DNA of 64,000 nt from an uncultured Verrucomicrobiae bacterium (lineage in GTDB: Bacteria > Verrucomicrobiota > Verrucomicrobiia > Limisphaerales > Palsa-1400), in assembly GCA_963702845.1 (NCBI GenBank), contig OY969763.1, positions 534,719-598,718 of the forward strand. The letters are read 5' to 3'. This document shows, piece after piece, positions 19,470-31,231 of this stretch; the first letter of the stretch is position 1, and every line of letters begins with the position of its first letter. The notes below the pieces were generated by a model that saw nothing but the letters and a program-made list of their open reading frames with translations, was not told where the DNA came from and made no database searches. Position numbers and translations under genes: made by a program.

Positions 19470-22169
19470 AACAACCGAAAGTTAAATCGTCCTCCAGTTC
19501 GGAACCATGCTGCTTCGCGCCAGTGGAGGCGCGCACTGAACGTCTCGTCAATCGCTCGAAAACGTGCTCGAATATACGCTGAAAAGCCAAGGCGCGGATC
19601 AGGTGAATATTTTCCTGGAGAACCTCGTCGAACGCCTTCAGGCCGAAGGGTTGAAAGTCGCTCCGCCGGTTAACACGCCTTACGTCAATACGATCCCGGC
19701 CGAGAAAGAACCACAGTATCCCGGCAACCGCGAAATCGAGCGGCGAATAAAGAGTCTCGCGCGTTGGAATGCGATGGCGATGGTGGTAAATGCAAATCGC
19801 AATGACAGCGGCGTCGGTGGTCATATTTCCAGCTATGCTTCGATGGCGACGCTTTACGAAGTCGCCTATAACCATTTTTTCCGCGGCGGCGACAAAGGGC
19901 CCGCTGACTTGATTTATTTCCAAGGCCACACGACTCCCGGTAATTACGCGCGTGCATTTCTCGAATATCGTCTCGATGAAGGGCATCTGCACAATTTCCG
20001 CCATGGAACTGGCTGAAGGCGGCGGTTTGCCATCTTACCCGCATCCGTATTTGATGCCGGATTTCTGGCAATTCCCCACGGTATCGATGGGCTTGGGGCC
20101 GACTTTGCTCGATTTATCAGGCGCGATTTATCCGTTATCTCAAAGCTCGTGGTTTGCTCAAACCGAACAAGAACCGCGCGTTTGGGCGTTCATCGGCGAT
20201 GGCGAAACGGATGAACCGGAAACGCTCGGGTTCGATCAGTTTGGCCGCGCGCGAAAATCTGGACAATTTGACGTGGGTCGTGAACTGCAACCTGCAACGT
20301 CTCGACGGTCCGGTTCGCGGGAATAGCAAGATTATCCAGGAACTCGAAGGCATGTTCCGTGGGGCTGGTTGGAATGTCATCAAAGTGATTTGGGGTTCGA
20401 ACTGGGATGAATTGTTCGCTGCGGATAAATCCGGCTTGCTCCTGAAGCGGCTTGATGAGGCGGTGGACGGTGACTTCCAAAAATATACCGTCGAACCCGG
20501 TAGTTATATTCGTCGCCATTTCTTCGGCAAATATCCCGAGTTGCTGCGAATGGTGGATCATCTCAGCGACGAGCAATTCACGAAGCTCGTCCGTGGTGGT
20601 CATGACCCGAAGCAAGGTTTACGCGGCTTACAAAGCTGCTATGGAACACAAAGGACAGCCGACCGTGATTCTGGCCAAGACCGTCAAAGGCTACGGCCTC
20701 GGTGAAGCGGGCGAAGGTCGCAATATTTCGCATCAGCAGAAAAAGATGAACGAAAAGGAACTGCGCGAGTTCCGCCTTCGTTTTGACATTCCGATCGGTG
20801 ACGAAGACGTTGTTGATACGCCGTTCTATCGTCCGCCCAAAGATTCGCCGGAAACAACTTATTTGCTCGAACGCCGGAAAAAGCTCGGTGGTTTCGTTCC
20901 GAAGCGCATCGTTAAAGCCGGAGCCACTGCAGACGCCGCGCAGCTGACTTCGTTCCCAGATTTGCTTAAAGGCAGTGGCGCGCGTGAAGTCTCCACCACG
21001 ATCGCATTCGTCGCGATGTTGAATCACCTCGTGCGCGATCCTCACATTGGCCGTCGTGTCGTGCCGATTATTCCCGATGAAGCCCGCACGTTCGGTATCG
21101 ACCCGATGTTTGCGCAGATTGGTATTTATTCGTCGAAGGGGCAGCTTTACGAGCCGGTCGATAAAAAAGGCTTGAGCTTCTATCACGAGTGCAAAGACGG
21201 ACAGATTTTGGAAGAAGGCATCACCGAATGCCGGTTCGATGTCCTCGTTTGTCGTCGGCCGGGACTGCTTACGCGAATCACGGTGTGAACATGATTCCGT
21301 TCTTTATTTACTATTCGATGTTCGGTTTCCAACGCGTTGGTGACGAAATCTGGCTGGCTGGCGATTCGCGCTCGAAAGGTTTCATGCTCGGCGCGACTGC
21401 TGGACGGACGACGTTGAACGGCGAAGGATTTACAACACCAAGACGGTCATAGCTTGATGATGGCCAGCACCGTGCCGAATCTTTTCGCCTACGATCCTGC
21501 TTTTGCTTACGAGGTCACCACGATCATCTGCGACGGGATGAAGCGCATGTTTCAGGACGGCGAAGAAAGTTTCTATTATCTGTGCCTCTACAACGAGAAC
21601 TACCCGATGCCGCCGATGCCGGCGGTTGCCAGGAAGGCATTCTCAAGGGCCTTTATAAATTCCAGGAAGGCGCACCAGGCAAGAAGCACAAGGCGCAGAT
21701 TTTCGGCAGTGGTCCCGATCATCGTTCGGCTTTGAAGGCTCAGCAGATTTTGGCTGAACGTTACGATGTTTCCGCCGATGTCTGGAGCGCGACCAGCTAC
21801 AAGAATCTCCGCAACGACGCGTTGCTCTGCGAACGTTGGAACATGTTGCATCCGACCGAAACGGCGAAGAAACCTTACGTTCAACAGTTGCTCGAAAAAG
21901 AAAAAGGGCCGTTCGTTGCCGTGTCGGATTCCATGAAGATCGTTCCCGATCAGATTTCGAAATGGGTTCCCGGTGGTCTCACCACGTTGGGCACAGACGG
22001 CTTTGGCCGCAGCGAAACGCGCGGTGCATTGCGTCGGTTTTTCGAAATCGATGCTGAGAGCGTGGTGCGTCGCGACCTTGCGCCAGATCGATCCGAAACT
22101 TGCCGCGCAAGCTATCAAAGATTTGAATATTAATCCTGAAAAAGCTTCCCGCAGCTTGCTACCCATTAA
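19470..22169 (+). CDS. aceE: pyruvate dehydrogenase E1 component, read across at least 6 frame breaks (5' end approximate)
   Basis: Successive frames give [20 protein letters not shown]..., [98 protein letters not shown], ...[13 protein letters not shown]..., ...[19 protein letters not shown]. The stop taa is at 22167..22169. An (a)5 run at the last break suggests a homopolymer deletion. Confidence 0.8.
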
Positions 22170-22172
22170 AAT

Positions 22173-23477
22173 ATGGACGTTAAATTACCTACATCTCGGC
22201 GAAGGCGCCGACTCCGGCACAGTCGTTAACATTTACGTCAAAGAAGGCGACCAGATTGCAAAAGGCCAGAGCATCATTGAACTGGAAACTGGCAAAGCCG
22301 TCGCGCCTGTGCCGTCTTCTGCAGCTGGCAAGGTGACGAAAGTTCTCGTCGCGGTCGGTGACAAAATTTCTGTCGGTGCGCCGTTGATTTCTGTCGGCGA
22401 AGGGGCGCTGGGGCACCGCTCCCGCTGCGGCAAACCCGCTGCTCCCGCTAAGGCCGCTTCGGTTCGTGCAACAGTTGCTCCCGCAGCTGCACCAGTAGCG
22501 GAAATGGACGAACCATGGAAGTCGAGGCTGACGAAGCCGATGCCGGGCGCTACCGCCAGCCGCTTCGCCTACGATTCGCCGCATCGCGCGCGAACTCGGC
22601 ATCGACCTGCGCAAAATTCGCGGCAGCGAATCCGGCGGCCGTATCGTCATGGCCGACGTCCGCGCTTACGTCCAACGCTTGCAACGAGTCGCTGCTCAGC
22701 CTCGCGCCGCCGCCGCCGTGCACCTGCAGCGCCGGCGAAGAAAATTGAATCGATTGATTTCTCGAAGTGGGGCCCGGTCGCTGAAGAAGCCGATGACGCC
22801 ACTGCGCAAGGTCATCAGCCAACGCATGGCCGAAAGTTGGAACGCAGTTCCGCGCGTCACGCAGTTCGACGAAGCCGATCTCACTGTTGTCACCGATCTT
22901 CGCAAAAAATACGCCGAGGTTTACGACAAGAAGGGCGCGAAACTCACGCTGACTAGCTTTGCGATCAAAGTTGTCGTCGATGCGTTGAAGAAGCATCCGA
23001 TTTTCAACACCAGCCTCGACGAAGCCGCTGGCGACATCATTTACAAGGAATACGTTCACGTCGGTGTTGCCGTGGATACCGACCAAGGGTCTAATCGTTC
23101 CGGTGATTCGCGATGCGGACACCAAAGACATGGTTCGCCTTTCCAAAGAACTGAACGACCTCGCGACCAAAACTCGCGAGCGCAAAATCGGCATCGAAGA
23201 ATTGCAAGGCGGTTCGTTTACGATTTCAAACCAGGGCGGCATCGGCGGCGCTCATTTCACGCCGATCATTAACAAGCCTGAAGTCGCCATTCTCGGTATC
23301 GGCCGTGGTTCTTTGAAGCCAGTCGTTCGCGAAGGCAAAATCGAGCCGCGCCTGATGTTACCGTTGACTCTCGCTTACGATCATCGCGTCATCGACGGCG
23401 GCAACGCTGTGCGTTTCATGCTCGAGATCGTTAAGGGCTTTGAAAAATTCAGCGAAGCTGCAGTAAAGATTTCCTAA
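22173..23477 (+). CDS. aceF: dihydrolipoamide acetyltransferase (PDH E2), frameshifted
   Basis: Lipoyl domain MDVKLP(H)LGEGADSGTVVNIYVKEGDQIAKGQSIIELETGKA, with an extra a at cctAcat breaking the frame. A peripheral-subunit-binding domain follows (RIARELGIDLRKIRGSESGGRIVMADV). The catalytic domain ends ...LTLAYDHRVIDGGNAVRFMLEIVKGFE. Confidence 0.8.
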
Positions 23478-23480
23478 CAC

Positions 23481-24908
23481 ATGGATCCGATCAAAACAGA
23501 TATCGTTGTCCTCGGCGCTGGTCCCGGCGGATATGCCGCGGCATTTTATGCCGCTGACATGGGCAAAAAAGTTCTGCTCGTCGAACAAGATAAACGCCTC
23601 GGCGGCGTGTGCCTCAATCGCGGTTGCATTCCGTCGAAAGCATTGCTCCACGCCACGCATTTGTTCGGCGACGCCCGCGAATCCGCTCATCGCGGCATCG
23701 TGTTCAGTGAACCGCAAATCGATTTGGAAAAACTTCGCGCGTGGAAAAATTCCGTGGTTGAAAAACTTTCTGGCGGTATCGGTTTCCTGGCGAAAAAGCG
23801 CGGCGTGCAAGTGCTCTACGGACGCGGCTACTTCGAAGATTCGAAAACATTGCGCGTTGAAACCGCTGAAGGCCAGCAATTCGTAAATTACGAAAAGTGT
23901 ATTGTTGCCGTTGGTTCCAAGGCCGCGTTGCCTAAAGTGTTTGATCTCGGCAATCCGCGCATCATGACTTCGACCGAGAGCTTTGGAAGTCGAAGAAATT
24001 CCCGAAGACCTGCTCGTCGTTGGCGGCGGTTATATTGGCATGGAACTCGGCACCGTCTACGCGAATCTCGGCAGCAAAGTGGTTGTCGTTGAAATGCTCG
24101 ACACCATTCTGGCCGGCGCAGATTCCGACCTCGCCCGCCCAGTGCATGAAATACGCGGAGAAGAATTTTCGCGAACTTCGTTTCAAAACGAAAGTCGTTG
24201 AAATGTCGACCAAGGGCAAAAAAGTGCGCGTCGTTACCGAAGGTCCCGATAAAGTTAAAAAAGAAGAACTTTACGATCGCGTGCTTGTGTCGATTGGTCG
24301 CACGCCAAATTGCCGCGATCTCGGCTTGGAAAACACCAAGGTCGAGCAGGATGAAAAAGGCTTTATCAAAGTTAACGAGAAGCAGGAGACAACTGACCCT
24401 TACATCATGGCCATCGGCGACATCGCTGGCGGCGTCATGCTGGCGCATAAGGCTTCCAAAGAAGCGCGCGTCGCCATCGAGGCGATTTTCGGTGAAGAAA
24501 GCACCTCGGAAGGTGTCGTAATTCCCGCGGTTGTTTTCACTCATCCCGAAGTCGCCTGGTGCGGTTTGACCGAATCCGAAGCGAAGGCAAAAGGCATCCA
24601 TGTCGAGGTCGCGAAATTTCCTTGGGGCGCTTCCGGTCGCGCGTATGACCTTTGATAAACCGGAAGGTTTAACGAAGCTGATCATTGACCCTGAAACCGA
24701 ACGCGTTCTCGGAGTTGGAATTGTCGGTCACGGGGCAGGGGAACTCATCGCCGAAGGCGTGCTCGCCGTCGAAATGGGTGCCACCGCGCAAGACCTCGCT
24801 GAGACAGTGCACCCGCATCCGACCCTTTCGGAGACGATGATGGAGTCCGCGGAAGTTTTCTACGGTCACCCGACTCACACGCTCGCGCCCAAAAAACGCG
24901 AGGAGTAA
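23481..24908 (+). CDS. lpdA: dihydrolipoamide dehydrogenase (PDH E3), frameshifted at least 3 times
   Basis: [52 protein letters not shown], then [28 protein letters not shown], then [17 protein letters not shown], ending ...[17 protein letters not shown]. These are read across the track ORFs 23481..24092, 23983..24201, 24020..24655 and 24600..24908. Confidence 0.8.
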
Positions 24909-24909
24909 T

Positions 24910-25818
24910 TTATTTCTGTCCCAGATAACGCACTGCGTTCTCCACAATTTTGCGGGGAATCGGTTGTGTGAGGATGGGATATGTTTCGTGTCCTGGGCGG
25001 AAATAGAAAATTTTACCTTTTCCTAATGTCCAAAGACAGCCGGCAGGAAAGGTTTCGTTCGTATCCCATTTTTCGTCGAAGATTTGTGCATCTGGTTTAG
25101 GCACGTGAAACGGGCCAGCGTAAACTTCTGTCTGGGGAATATCAAACGTCTTCGGAACACCGCGCGCAATCGGATGGTCGGGCAACAACGTAGTGATGTG
25201 ACTCGGTTTGCCATCGTTGTGAACGCCGGGAAACACGCAACTAGGCAACTTCACTTCTAAAACATCCTCACCGTTTGGACCGTTGATGCGTTTAGTCCAC
25301 GGGGTTAAAGGCCCGTTCGCCGGTGCCAATCCGCCGAGGTCAGGCGGGTTAATTTGCAGCTTAACTTTCGACCGTTCATCCGCCGGAACAGAAGCAATCG
25401 CATCAGCAATCGCCTTTTGCCCATCGAATCAATAAAAACCTTCGACCAATGCGCCGAGTGCAGCGCGATCAAATTTAATTTCCCGGCGATGATCCGTTTC
25501 ACGATGTCGTGCACGTGCTCGTCTTTTACCTCGCCATGCCGCTGGTGCCCCCACCAGATGAGGACATCGCAATTGTCGAGGGTCGCCGCCGAAAGCCCTT
25601 GGTCCGGATCATCCAGGCGCACGGACTTCACTGTGACTCCGGGCTCTTTCGACAAATAATCCGCAATGGCATTGCCCAAGAAAGTTTGTATAGGCCTTCT
25701 TTTGCGCCGGCTGCGCTTCGTCCCAGACGACGACTCGAATTGGTCGCGCCGCCATCGTGCCAAGGACGACTAAAAAGAAAGCGACAATCGCGACGAATCT
25801 GCGGCAGGTAGAAATCAT
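24910..25818 (-). CDS. ThuA-like (trehalose-utilisation / GATase1-like) secreted protein, frameshifted
   Basis: Three minus-strand fragments: MISTCRRFVAIVAFFLVVLG...RVVVWDE, then ...CDVLIWWGHQRHGEV...LIALHSAHW, then ...GKGKIFYFRPGHETYP. Confidence 0.55.
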
Positions 25819-25876
25819 ATTTGCATCTTATTCGTCGGGCTTTGCGCGTCGATAAAATAGTGGTATCAGTGCTTTC

Positions 25877-26434
25877 ATGATCAGACCGTGGCCAAAAAAA
25901 TCTTCCAAATTCCTCGGCGACTTCCGCGTCTTCAAAGTGCGCTCTGACGAAAAAATTTCACCGCGCACAAATGAGGTGCATGAAATGTTCGTCCTCGAAT
26001 CGCCCGACTGGGTGAACGTCATCCCGATTACCACCGATGGCCAAATGGTGCTGGTCGAACAATACCGCCAAGGCTCGGACACAGTCGAACTCGAAGTCCC
26101 CGGCGGCGTGATGGACAAAACCGACAAATCTCCCGTTGAAACTGCCTGCCGCGAATTGAAGGAAGAAACCGGCTACGAAGGTGACAACGCGCGCGTCATC
26201 GGCAAAGTGTTTCCAAACCCCGCCATCATGAGCAACTCGTCCTACACCGTGCTCGTGGAGAATTGCCGATGCGTTTGTGAGGTGAATTTTGACAGCGGAG
26301 AGGACATAATCACCCGACTTGTTGATCCGGCGAGCATTCCTAAGTTAGTCGCAGAGAACAAGATACGTCATTCCATCGTCATCGCTGCCCTCTATCATTA
26401 CGAGCTCTACAGAGATTTAAAAAATTTTAAATAA
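25877..26434 (+). CDS. NUDIX hydrolase (ADP-ribose pyrophosphatase-like)
   Basis: The NUDIX box GGVMDKTDKSPVETACRELKEETGY is present in an intact 185-aa ORF. Confidence 0.8.
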   Translation: MIRPWPKKSSKFLGDFRVFKVRSDEKISPRTNEVHEMFVLESPDWVNVIPITTDGQMVLVEQYRQGSDTVELEVPGGVMDKTDKSPVETACRELKEETGYEGDNARVIGKVFPNPAIMSNSSYTVLVENCRCVCEVNFDSGEDIITRLVDPASIPKLVAENKIRHSIVIAALYHYELYRDLKNFK

Positions 26435-26439
26435 TTTTT

Positions 26440-26473
26440 CACTTGGACAGCCTTTGTCCAAGTGAGGTTTGTA
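26440..26473 (+). terminator. terminator hairpin after the NUDIX gene
   Basis: CACTTGGACA-gcctt-TGTCCAAGTG is a perfect 10-bp stem 6 nt after the stop, followed by aggtttg. The track ORF 26443..26691 begins inside this hairpin and is probably spurious. Confidence 0.45.
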
Positions 26474-26700
26474 GAGTTGTTGGCATGATTACTACAAATC
26501 AGATGGAATTAGGTTTCGAGCAACAGCAACTTTCCGCCAACGGCCGCGCGCGCCACAGCAGCCGCCAGACTCGCGCCGATTGGTGGTTCAGGCAGATGCG
26601 CCGCGTAGTTGACCTCGCGATGGAATGGCGTCCGGCACCTCGCGCGCGCCATCAACAATCCTACATGGTCCTCTCCGCTCGCCAGTCCTGAGCACACAAA

Positions 26701-26737
26701 GGGCGATGGTTGGACGTGCATTGTCCAACCATCGCCC
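26701..26737. terminator. perfect 15-bp stem hairpin (GGGCGATGGTTGGAC-N7-GTCCAACCATCGCCC) just downstream of minus-strand xylA
   Basis: A long perfect inverted repeat 22 nt beyond the xylA stop. A T-run (cttttg) follows on the plus strand. Confidence 0.4.
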
Positions 26738-26758
26738 GGAACTTTTGAAACGTTGCGA

Positions 26759-27793
26759 CTATTTCCCCAACAGATGCTCAATGACCATCTGGTCGAGATT
26801 CTGATAATCGCGATTCACGATGAGCTTCTTGGCTGCGGCGTCGTCGAACGACCGCGCCTTCTCGACCAATCGCAAAAATGTTTTGCGGCTGTTATCGAGG
26901 TGAGCGAGCCAATGCTCCGGCTTCGTCGTGCGGAACGGATGCACGTCGAAACAAACGTATTCGCCGTTTTTGCCGTATCCATTTCGTTCAAGAGCGCGCA
27001 CTTGGTTGAACGCTGAACGGAGATTGGTGCTGCCGAATGGCTTGTCCTGGTCGAACTTCAAACCGTTCTGATCGTTCAGGTGCAACGACCACAATTTCCC
27101 AAACGCCATCGCAAAATCGATTTCATCTGCGGGGTCCAAACCAGCCAAAATCGCATGCGCCGATTCGATCAAACAACCAACGCGTTTTGGGTCGCGAGTG
27201 AGCTGCGCGATCGCGAGAGCGTGACCAATCGTTGGAATGTAAGCGTGATCCATCGGCTCATTCGGTTTCGGTTCGATCGACAACCGAACCTTTTTATCGG
27301 CAGCCAACATCTTGTCGAACGCCTCAACCAACAAATCAACGCTGCGACGGCCGTTCTTGGCTTCACGCAGGTATGTGCCTTCCCGTGCCAGCCAAAGAAC
27401 CAGCAAGTCGGTCCCGAGAATTTTTCCGATTTCGATACAGCGCAGAGAACGATCGATTGCGTATTGGCGATGCTTCGGATCATTGCTGGTGTAAGCACCG
27501 TCGATGGTGTTCGGCGAAAACCAAAGTCTCGGCGCGGTCATTTCCGCCGCGACGCCCGCGTCGTCCAATTTCTTCTTTAGCTCCTTCGCTTCCTTGCGAA
27601 TCTGCGCGTCCGACTTTCCATCGATATCCGGTACCGCGTCATCGTCGTGAAACATCATCGCGTCGAACCCGAGCTTCTTCAGCGCACCAAGCTTCCAATC
27701 AAAATCCTGCGCGGGACGCGTGGTCGGCCCGTAAGGATCCTGACCTTCGCTGATGTTCCACGGGCCGAAACAAAATTTATAACGTGTGGGCAT
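26759..27793 (-). CDS. xylA: xylose isomerase (class I-like, 344 aa)
   Basis: FGPWNI...MFHDDDAVP...LSIEPKPNEP...HLNDQNG.KFDQD...MVIEHLLG mirrors the class I XylA motifs (FTFGLWTV / FHDDDL / IEPKPNEP / DLNGQ). It is about 40 aa shorter than typical, so the assignment is good but not certain. Confidence 0.7.
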   Translation of the reverse strand: MPTRYKFCFGPWNISEGQDPYGPTTRPAQDFDWKLGALKKLGFDAMMFHDDDAVPDIDGKSDAQIRKEAKELKKKLDDAGVAAEMTAPRLWFSPNTIDGAYTSNDPKHRQYAIDRSLRCIEIGKILGTDLLVLWLAREGTYLREAKNGRRSVDLLVEAFDKMLAADKKVRLSIEPKPNEPMDHAYIPTIGHALAIAQLTRDPKRVGCLIESAHAILAGLDPADEIDFAMAFGKLWSLHLNDQNGLKFDQDKPFGSTNLRSAFNQVRALERNGYGKNGEYVCFDVHPFRTTKPEHWLAHLDNSRKTFLRLVEKARSFDDAAAKKLIVNRDYQNLDQMVIEHLLGK

Positions 27794-27850
27794 AATTCAA
27801 TTCCAAATTAATTGTTCAAAGTTCAAGGTCGACGCGCTAATCTCCGCGCA

Positions 27851-29217
27851 ATGACCAACAGACTGACGACGCTGCTTATTTTGCTTTTCGCCGTGCTTGC
27901 GGCAAGCGCCAAATCGCCAAACATCATTATCATTCTCGACGATGACCTTGGCTTCGGCGACCTCGGCTGCTACGGCAATCCAAGTATCAACACTCCAAAT
28001 CTCGACCGCATGGCAGCCGAAGGCCTGCGCTTCACCGAATATTACGCGCCGCACAATCTCTGCACCCCCAGCCGCGCCGCGCTGCTCACCGGACGGCTCG
28101 CGTTGCGTAGCGGCATGCAAGGCAGCGAAAAACATCACGTCCTTTATCCGAACAATACCGGGCGGCCTTCCCGAAAGCGAAATCACCATCGCCCGCGCGC
28201 TCAAGACCGCCGGTTACAGCCACTTGTGCAATCGGCAAATGGCACCTTGGCTGTTTGCCGCAATACCTGCCGACCAGTCACGGCTTCGATTACTTCTTCG
28301 GCCTCCCATATTCCAACGACATGGACACGTCCAGCGCGAAAGTCCGCAACCAGGACAGCGACGGTCAACATCCCGACTGGCATCATTTCAACGTCCCATT
28401 GATGCGCGGCACCAACATAATCGAACGCCCTGCCAATCAGGAAACCCTCACTCAACGCTACACGGACGAAGCGGTTAAGTTCGTGCGCGACCATCGCAAA
28501 AAACCGTTCTTCATGTATTTCGCGCATACTTTCCCGCACGTGCCGCTTTTTGCCTCCGACAAATTCAAAGGCAAAAGCAAGCGCGGTCTCTTCGGCGACA
28601 CTGTTGAAGAAATGGACTGGAGCGTCGGTGAACTCTTGCGCACGTTGCGCGAAGAAAAAATCGCTGATAACACATTTGTCTTCTTCACCAGCGACAATGG
28701 TCCTTGGCTAATCCGAAAACTCAATGGCGGTAGCGCCGGCCTGTTGCGCGACGGCAAAGGCGGCACTTGGGACGGAGGCCATCACGTGCCAGCAATCGCA
28801 TGGTGGCCTGGCAAAATCAAACCCGGTGTCACGAGCGAAGTTGCTTCGGGACTGGACCTCTTCACCACATCGCTCGCCTTAGCTGGCGTTCAGCAACCGA
28901 CTGATCGCGTCATTGACGGCCTCGACATGCGCCCGCTGCTCTTCGACGGAAAATCGCAACGCGATACCATCTTCTTCTACGCCGGGCCAGACCTTCGAGC
29001 CGTCCGGCACAATAACTACAAGGCGCACTATATTACTCAGGATGGCTACAGCAAAGACCCACCGGTGATACACAATCCTCCTTTGCTAATGGAAGTCGAC
29101 CAGGACCCGAGCGAAAAGTTCGACATGACCAAAGACCATCCCGAAGAACTCAAAGCCATCGAGCGCATCGTCAATATGCACAAAGCCGTGATGGTTCCGG
29201 GGAAACCACAATACTAA
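27851..29217 (+). CDS. arylsulfatase-family enzyme (formylglycine CxPSR motif), frameshifted at least twice
   Basis: Signal peptide [20 protein letters not shown], then [19 protein letters not shown] and [17 protein letters not shown]. After a frame break comes [19 protein letters not shown]...FFTSDNGPW...[20 protein letters not shown]. It reads across the track ORFs 27812, 27897 and 28255. Confidence 0.75.
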
Positions 29218-29218
29218 C

Positions 29219-30085
29219 ATGAGTCTGGAAATTCCTGGTCGCGTAAAACTCTCCACCGGCAACGGCGATCTGCCAAAGGTCGCCATCACATCGGACTGGA
29301 GCACTGCAGAAATTTATCTACACGGCGCGCACGTCACTCACTTCCAAAAGAACGGCGAACCCCCGGTTCTTTTCATGAGCCAGAAGAGCCGCTTCCAACA
29401 CGACTCACCTATTCGTGGCGGCATCCCGATCATTCTGCCGTGGTTCGGTTCGCGCGAGGGCCATCTCGCTCACGGGTTCGCTCGTTTGCAGGAATGGGAA
29501 ATATCCGACACCTCCGAAAATAAAGGTGCCGTAAAAACCCATTTCACGATGCCGAACTGTCAGGCTGCCGCAGAATTCCCACCATTCGCCATCGAGTTCG
29601 TCGTGACCGTCGCCCAGTCGCTAACCTGTGAACTCCTCATTACCAATAAATCTCAGCAAAACTTCACCTTCGAAGACTGTCTCCACACCTATTTTCAAAT
29701 CGGCGATGTCAGCCAGATTTCCGTCACCGGTCTGAAAGGCGCAGCTTATCTCGACCAAATGGAAAACTTCGCCCGCAAAACCGAAACCAACGACCAAATC
29801 AAAATTACCGGCGAAACCGACCGCATCTATCTCAACACCGAATCCACCGTTGAAATCCACGACGCAGAACTAAAGCGCCGCATTCGCATCGCAAAGTCCG
29901 GCTCCCACTCCACGGTCCTTTGGAACCCCTGGATCGACAAATCCAAACGCATGCCCGATTTCGGCGACGAAGAATTTCACCACATGGTCTGCGTCGAATC
30001 CTGCAACGTCTCCGAAAACAAACGCACGCTCGCCCCCGGCCAAACGTCGTCTCTCAAAATCGACTTAAGCACCATTCTGTTGTAA
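29219..30085 (+). CDS. aldose 1-epimerase family protein (glucose-6-phosphate 1-epimerase, YeaD-like)
   Basis: GGIPIILPWFG..HGFAR...W and ...H.YF motifs. The start codon is 1 nt after the sulfatase stop. Confidence 0.6.
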   Translation: MSLEIPGRVKLSTGNGDLPKVAITSDWSTAEIYLHGAHVTHFQKNGEPPVLFMSQKSRFQHDSPIRGGIPIILPWFGSREGHLAHGFARLQEWEISDTSENKGAVKTHFTMPNCQAAAEFPPFAIEFVVTVAQSLTCELLITNKSQQNFTFEDCLHTYFQIGDVSQISVTGLKGAAYLDQMENFARKTETNDQIKITGETDRIYLNTESTVEIHDAELKRRIRIAKSGSHSTVLWNPWIDKSKRMPDFGDEEFHHMVCVESCNVSENKRTLAPGQTSSLKIDLSTILL

Positions 30086-30136
30086 GAAATAGTTCATCTT
30101 GTTCGAGATCGCCGCTAAAACACGCCCACACCGCTC

Positions 30137-30457
30137 ATGAAAAGCATCGCCCAGCTCAATCCCGATTCGGCCGCCAATCTGACGGAGTGGTTGAAACAGG
30201 AGCAAATCCCTTGCGAAACCAAAACCGCTATCGACGAAGGAGGACTTGAAGTAGTAGACGTTCTCGTTGCAGACGAAGATTTCGACCGCGCGTGCGACGC
30301 CGCCGAAAAATGGGACGCCGCGATGCAGGCCGAGCGAGAAAAAAAATCGACCCGCAAATGCGACCAATGCGGCTCTAACCAACTCGAAACCGTTCCTCAC
30401 GACACCCTGGAAATGGTCCTCCGTTGCAAAGCCTGTGGAACCCTCATGCCGCTCTGA
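30137..30457 (+). CDS. hypothetical small protein with C-terminal CxxC...CxxC zinc ribbon (DUF2007-like)
   Basis: 106-aa ORF with CDQCGSN...CKACG at its C-terminus. Confidence 0.35.
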   Translation: MKSIAQLNPDSAANLTEWLKQEQIPCETKTAIDEGGLEVVDVLVADEDFDRACDAAEKWDAAMQAEREKKSTRKCDQCGSNQLETVPHDTLEMVLRCKACGTLMPL

Positions 30458-30652
30458 TTTCGGCAAATTATCAACTCGGTCTGCGCATCTCCGCCTCTTT
30501 GCTTCTTTGCGGCTTTGTGTTGAACTCCGACTCACCGACTTACCCACTTACCGTTCCCTTGCTGCCTTGGCAGTAAGATCCGACTATAAATCTGCGACCA
30601 TTTTATAACTGACATCCCCCTGAACCTCCCTCAACATACTGATGTAAAGCAT

Positions 30653-31216
30653 ATGGTATTTTTCATTTATCTGGGATGCCTCGGCTTTGGACTGCTTTTC
30701 ACTATTCTGACTGCCGTCCTTGGCCACCTCTTCGGCGGCTTGGATCATCATGTCGATGTTGGCACCCACGGCCATGTTGACGCCGGCTTCAGCGATACCG
30801 GTATGCCCGGAGTTTCGATTTTCAGTCCGGTAGTAATCTGTTCGTTTGTCACTGCTTTCGGCGCGTTTGGAATGGTTTTCTATAATATTGAAAGCACCAA
30901 AAGCGTTTGGCTCAACGCTCCGCTCGCGGCTGCTTGCGGACTGATTGTAGCGGCTGGCGCATTTTTCATGTTCAACGCCATCTTCGAGAGAACCCAGGCT
31001 TCGAGCGAAGTTCGCATCGGTTCACTTGTGGGCAAAAACGCCACCGTCATCAGTCCGATCCCCGCCAATGGCTTCGGCGAAATCGCATACGTCAGTGGCG
31101 GCACACGCTGCACCGCTCCCGCCCGCGAACAAAACGGCGTGCCTGTTGCCAATGGGCAGACCGTCAAAATTACACGCGTCGGCGAATCCCAGTTTTTTGT
31201 CTCCTTAGTTTCGTAA
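30653..31216 (+). CDS. NfeD-family membrane protein (flotillin partner, OB-fold C-terminus)
   Basis: Several transmembrane segments followed by a short beta-rich C-terminal domain (GKNATVISPIPANGFGEIAYVSGGTRCTAP...GQTVKITRVGESQFFV). It lies immediately upstream of the flotillin gene. Confidence 0.6.
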   Translation: MVFFIYLGCLGFGLLFTILTAVLGHLFGGLDHHVDVGTHGHVDAGFSDTGMPGVSIFSPVVICSFVTAFGAFGMVFYNIESTKSVWLNAPLAAACGLIVAAGAFFMFNAIFERTQASSEVRIGSLVGKNATVISPIPANGFGEIAYVSGGTRCTAPAREQNGVPVANGQTVKITRVGESQFFVSLVS

Positions 31217-31231
31217 TCCAACAACAACGAT

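Noticed and set aside
23888-24685. 265-aa minus-strand ORF, plus similar antisense ORFs at 19438..20004 and 20578..21186
   Set aside because: They are antisense to lpdA and aceE, whose sense-strand translations carry unmistakable PDH motifs.
26443-26691. 82-aa plus-strand ORF after the NUDIX gene
   Set aside because: Its start codon lies inside the perfect 10-bp terminator hairpin of the NUDIX gene. The translation is Arg-rich with no motif. It is probably intergenic.
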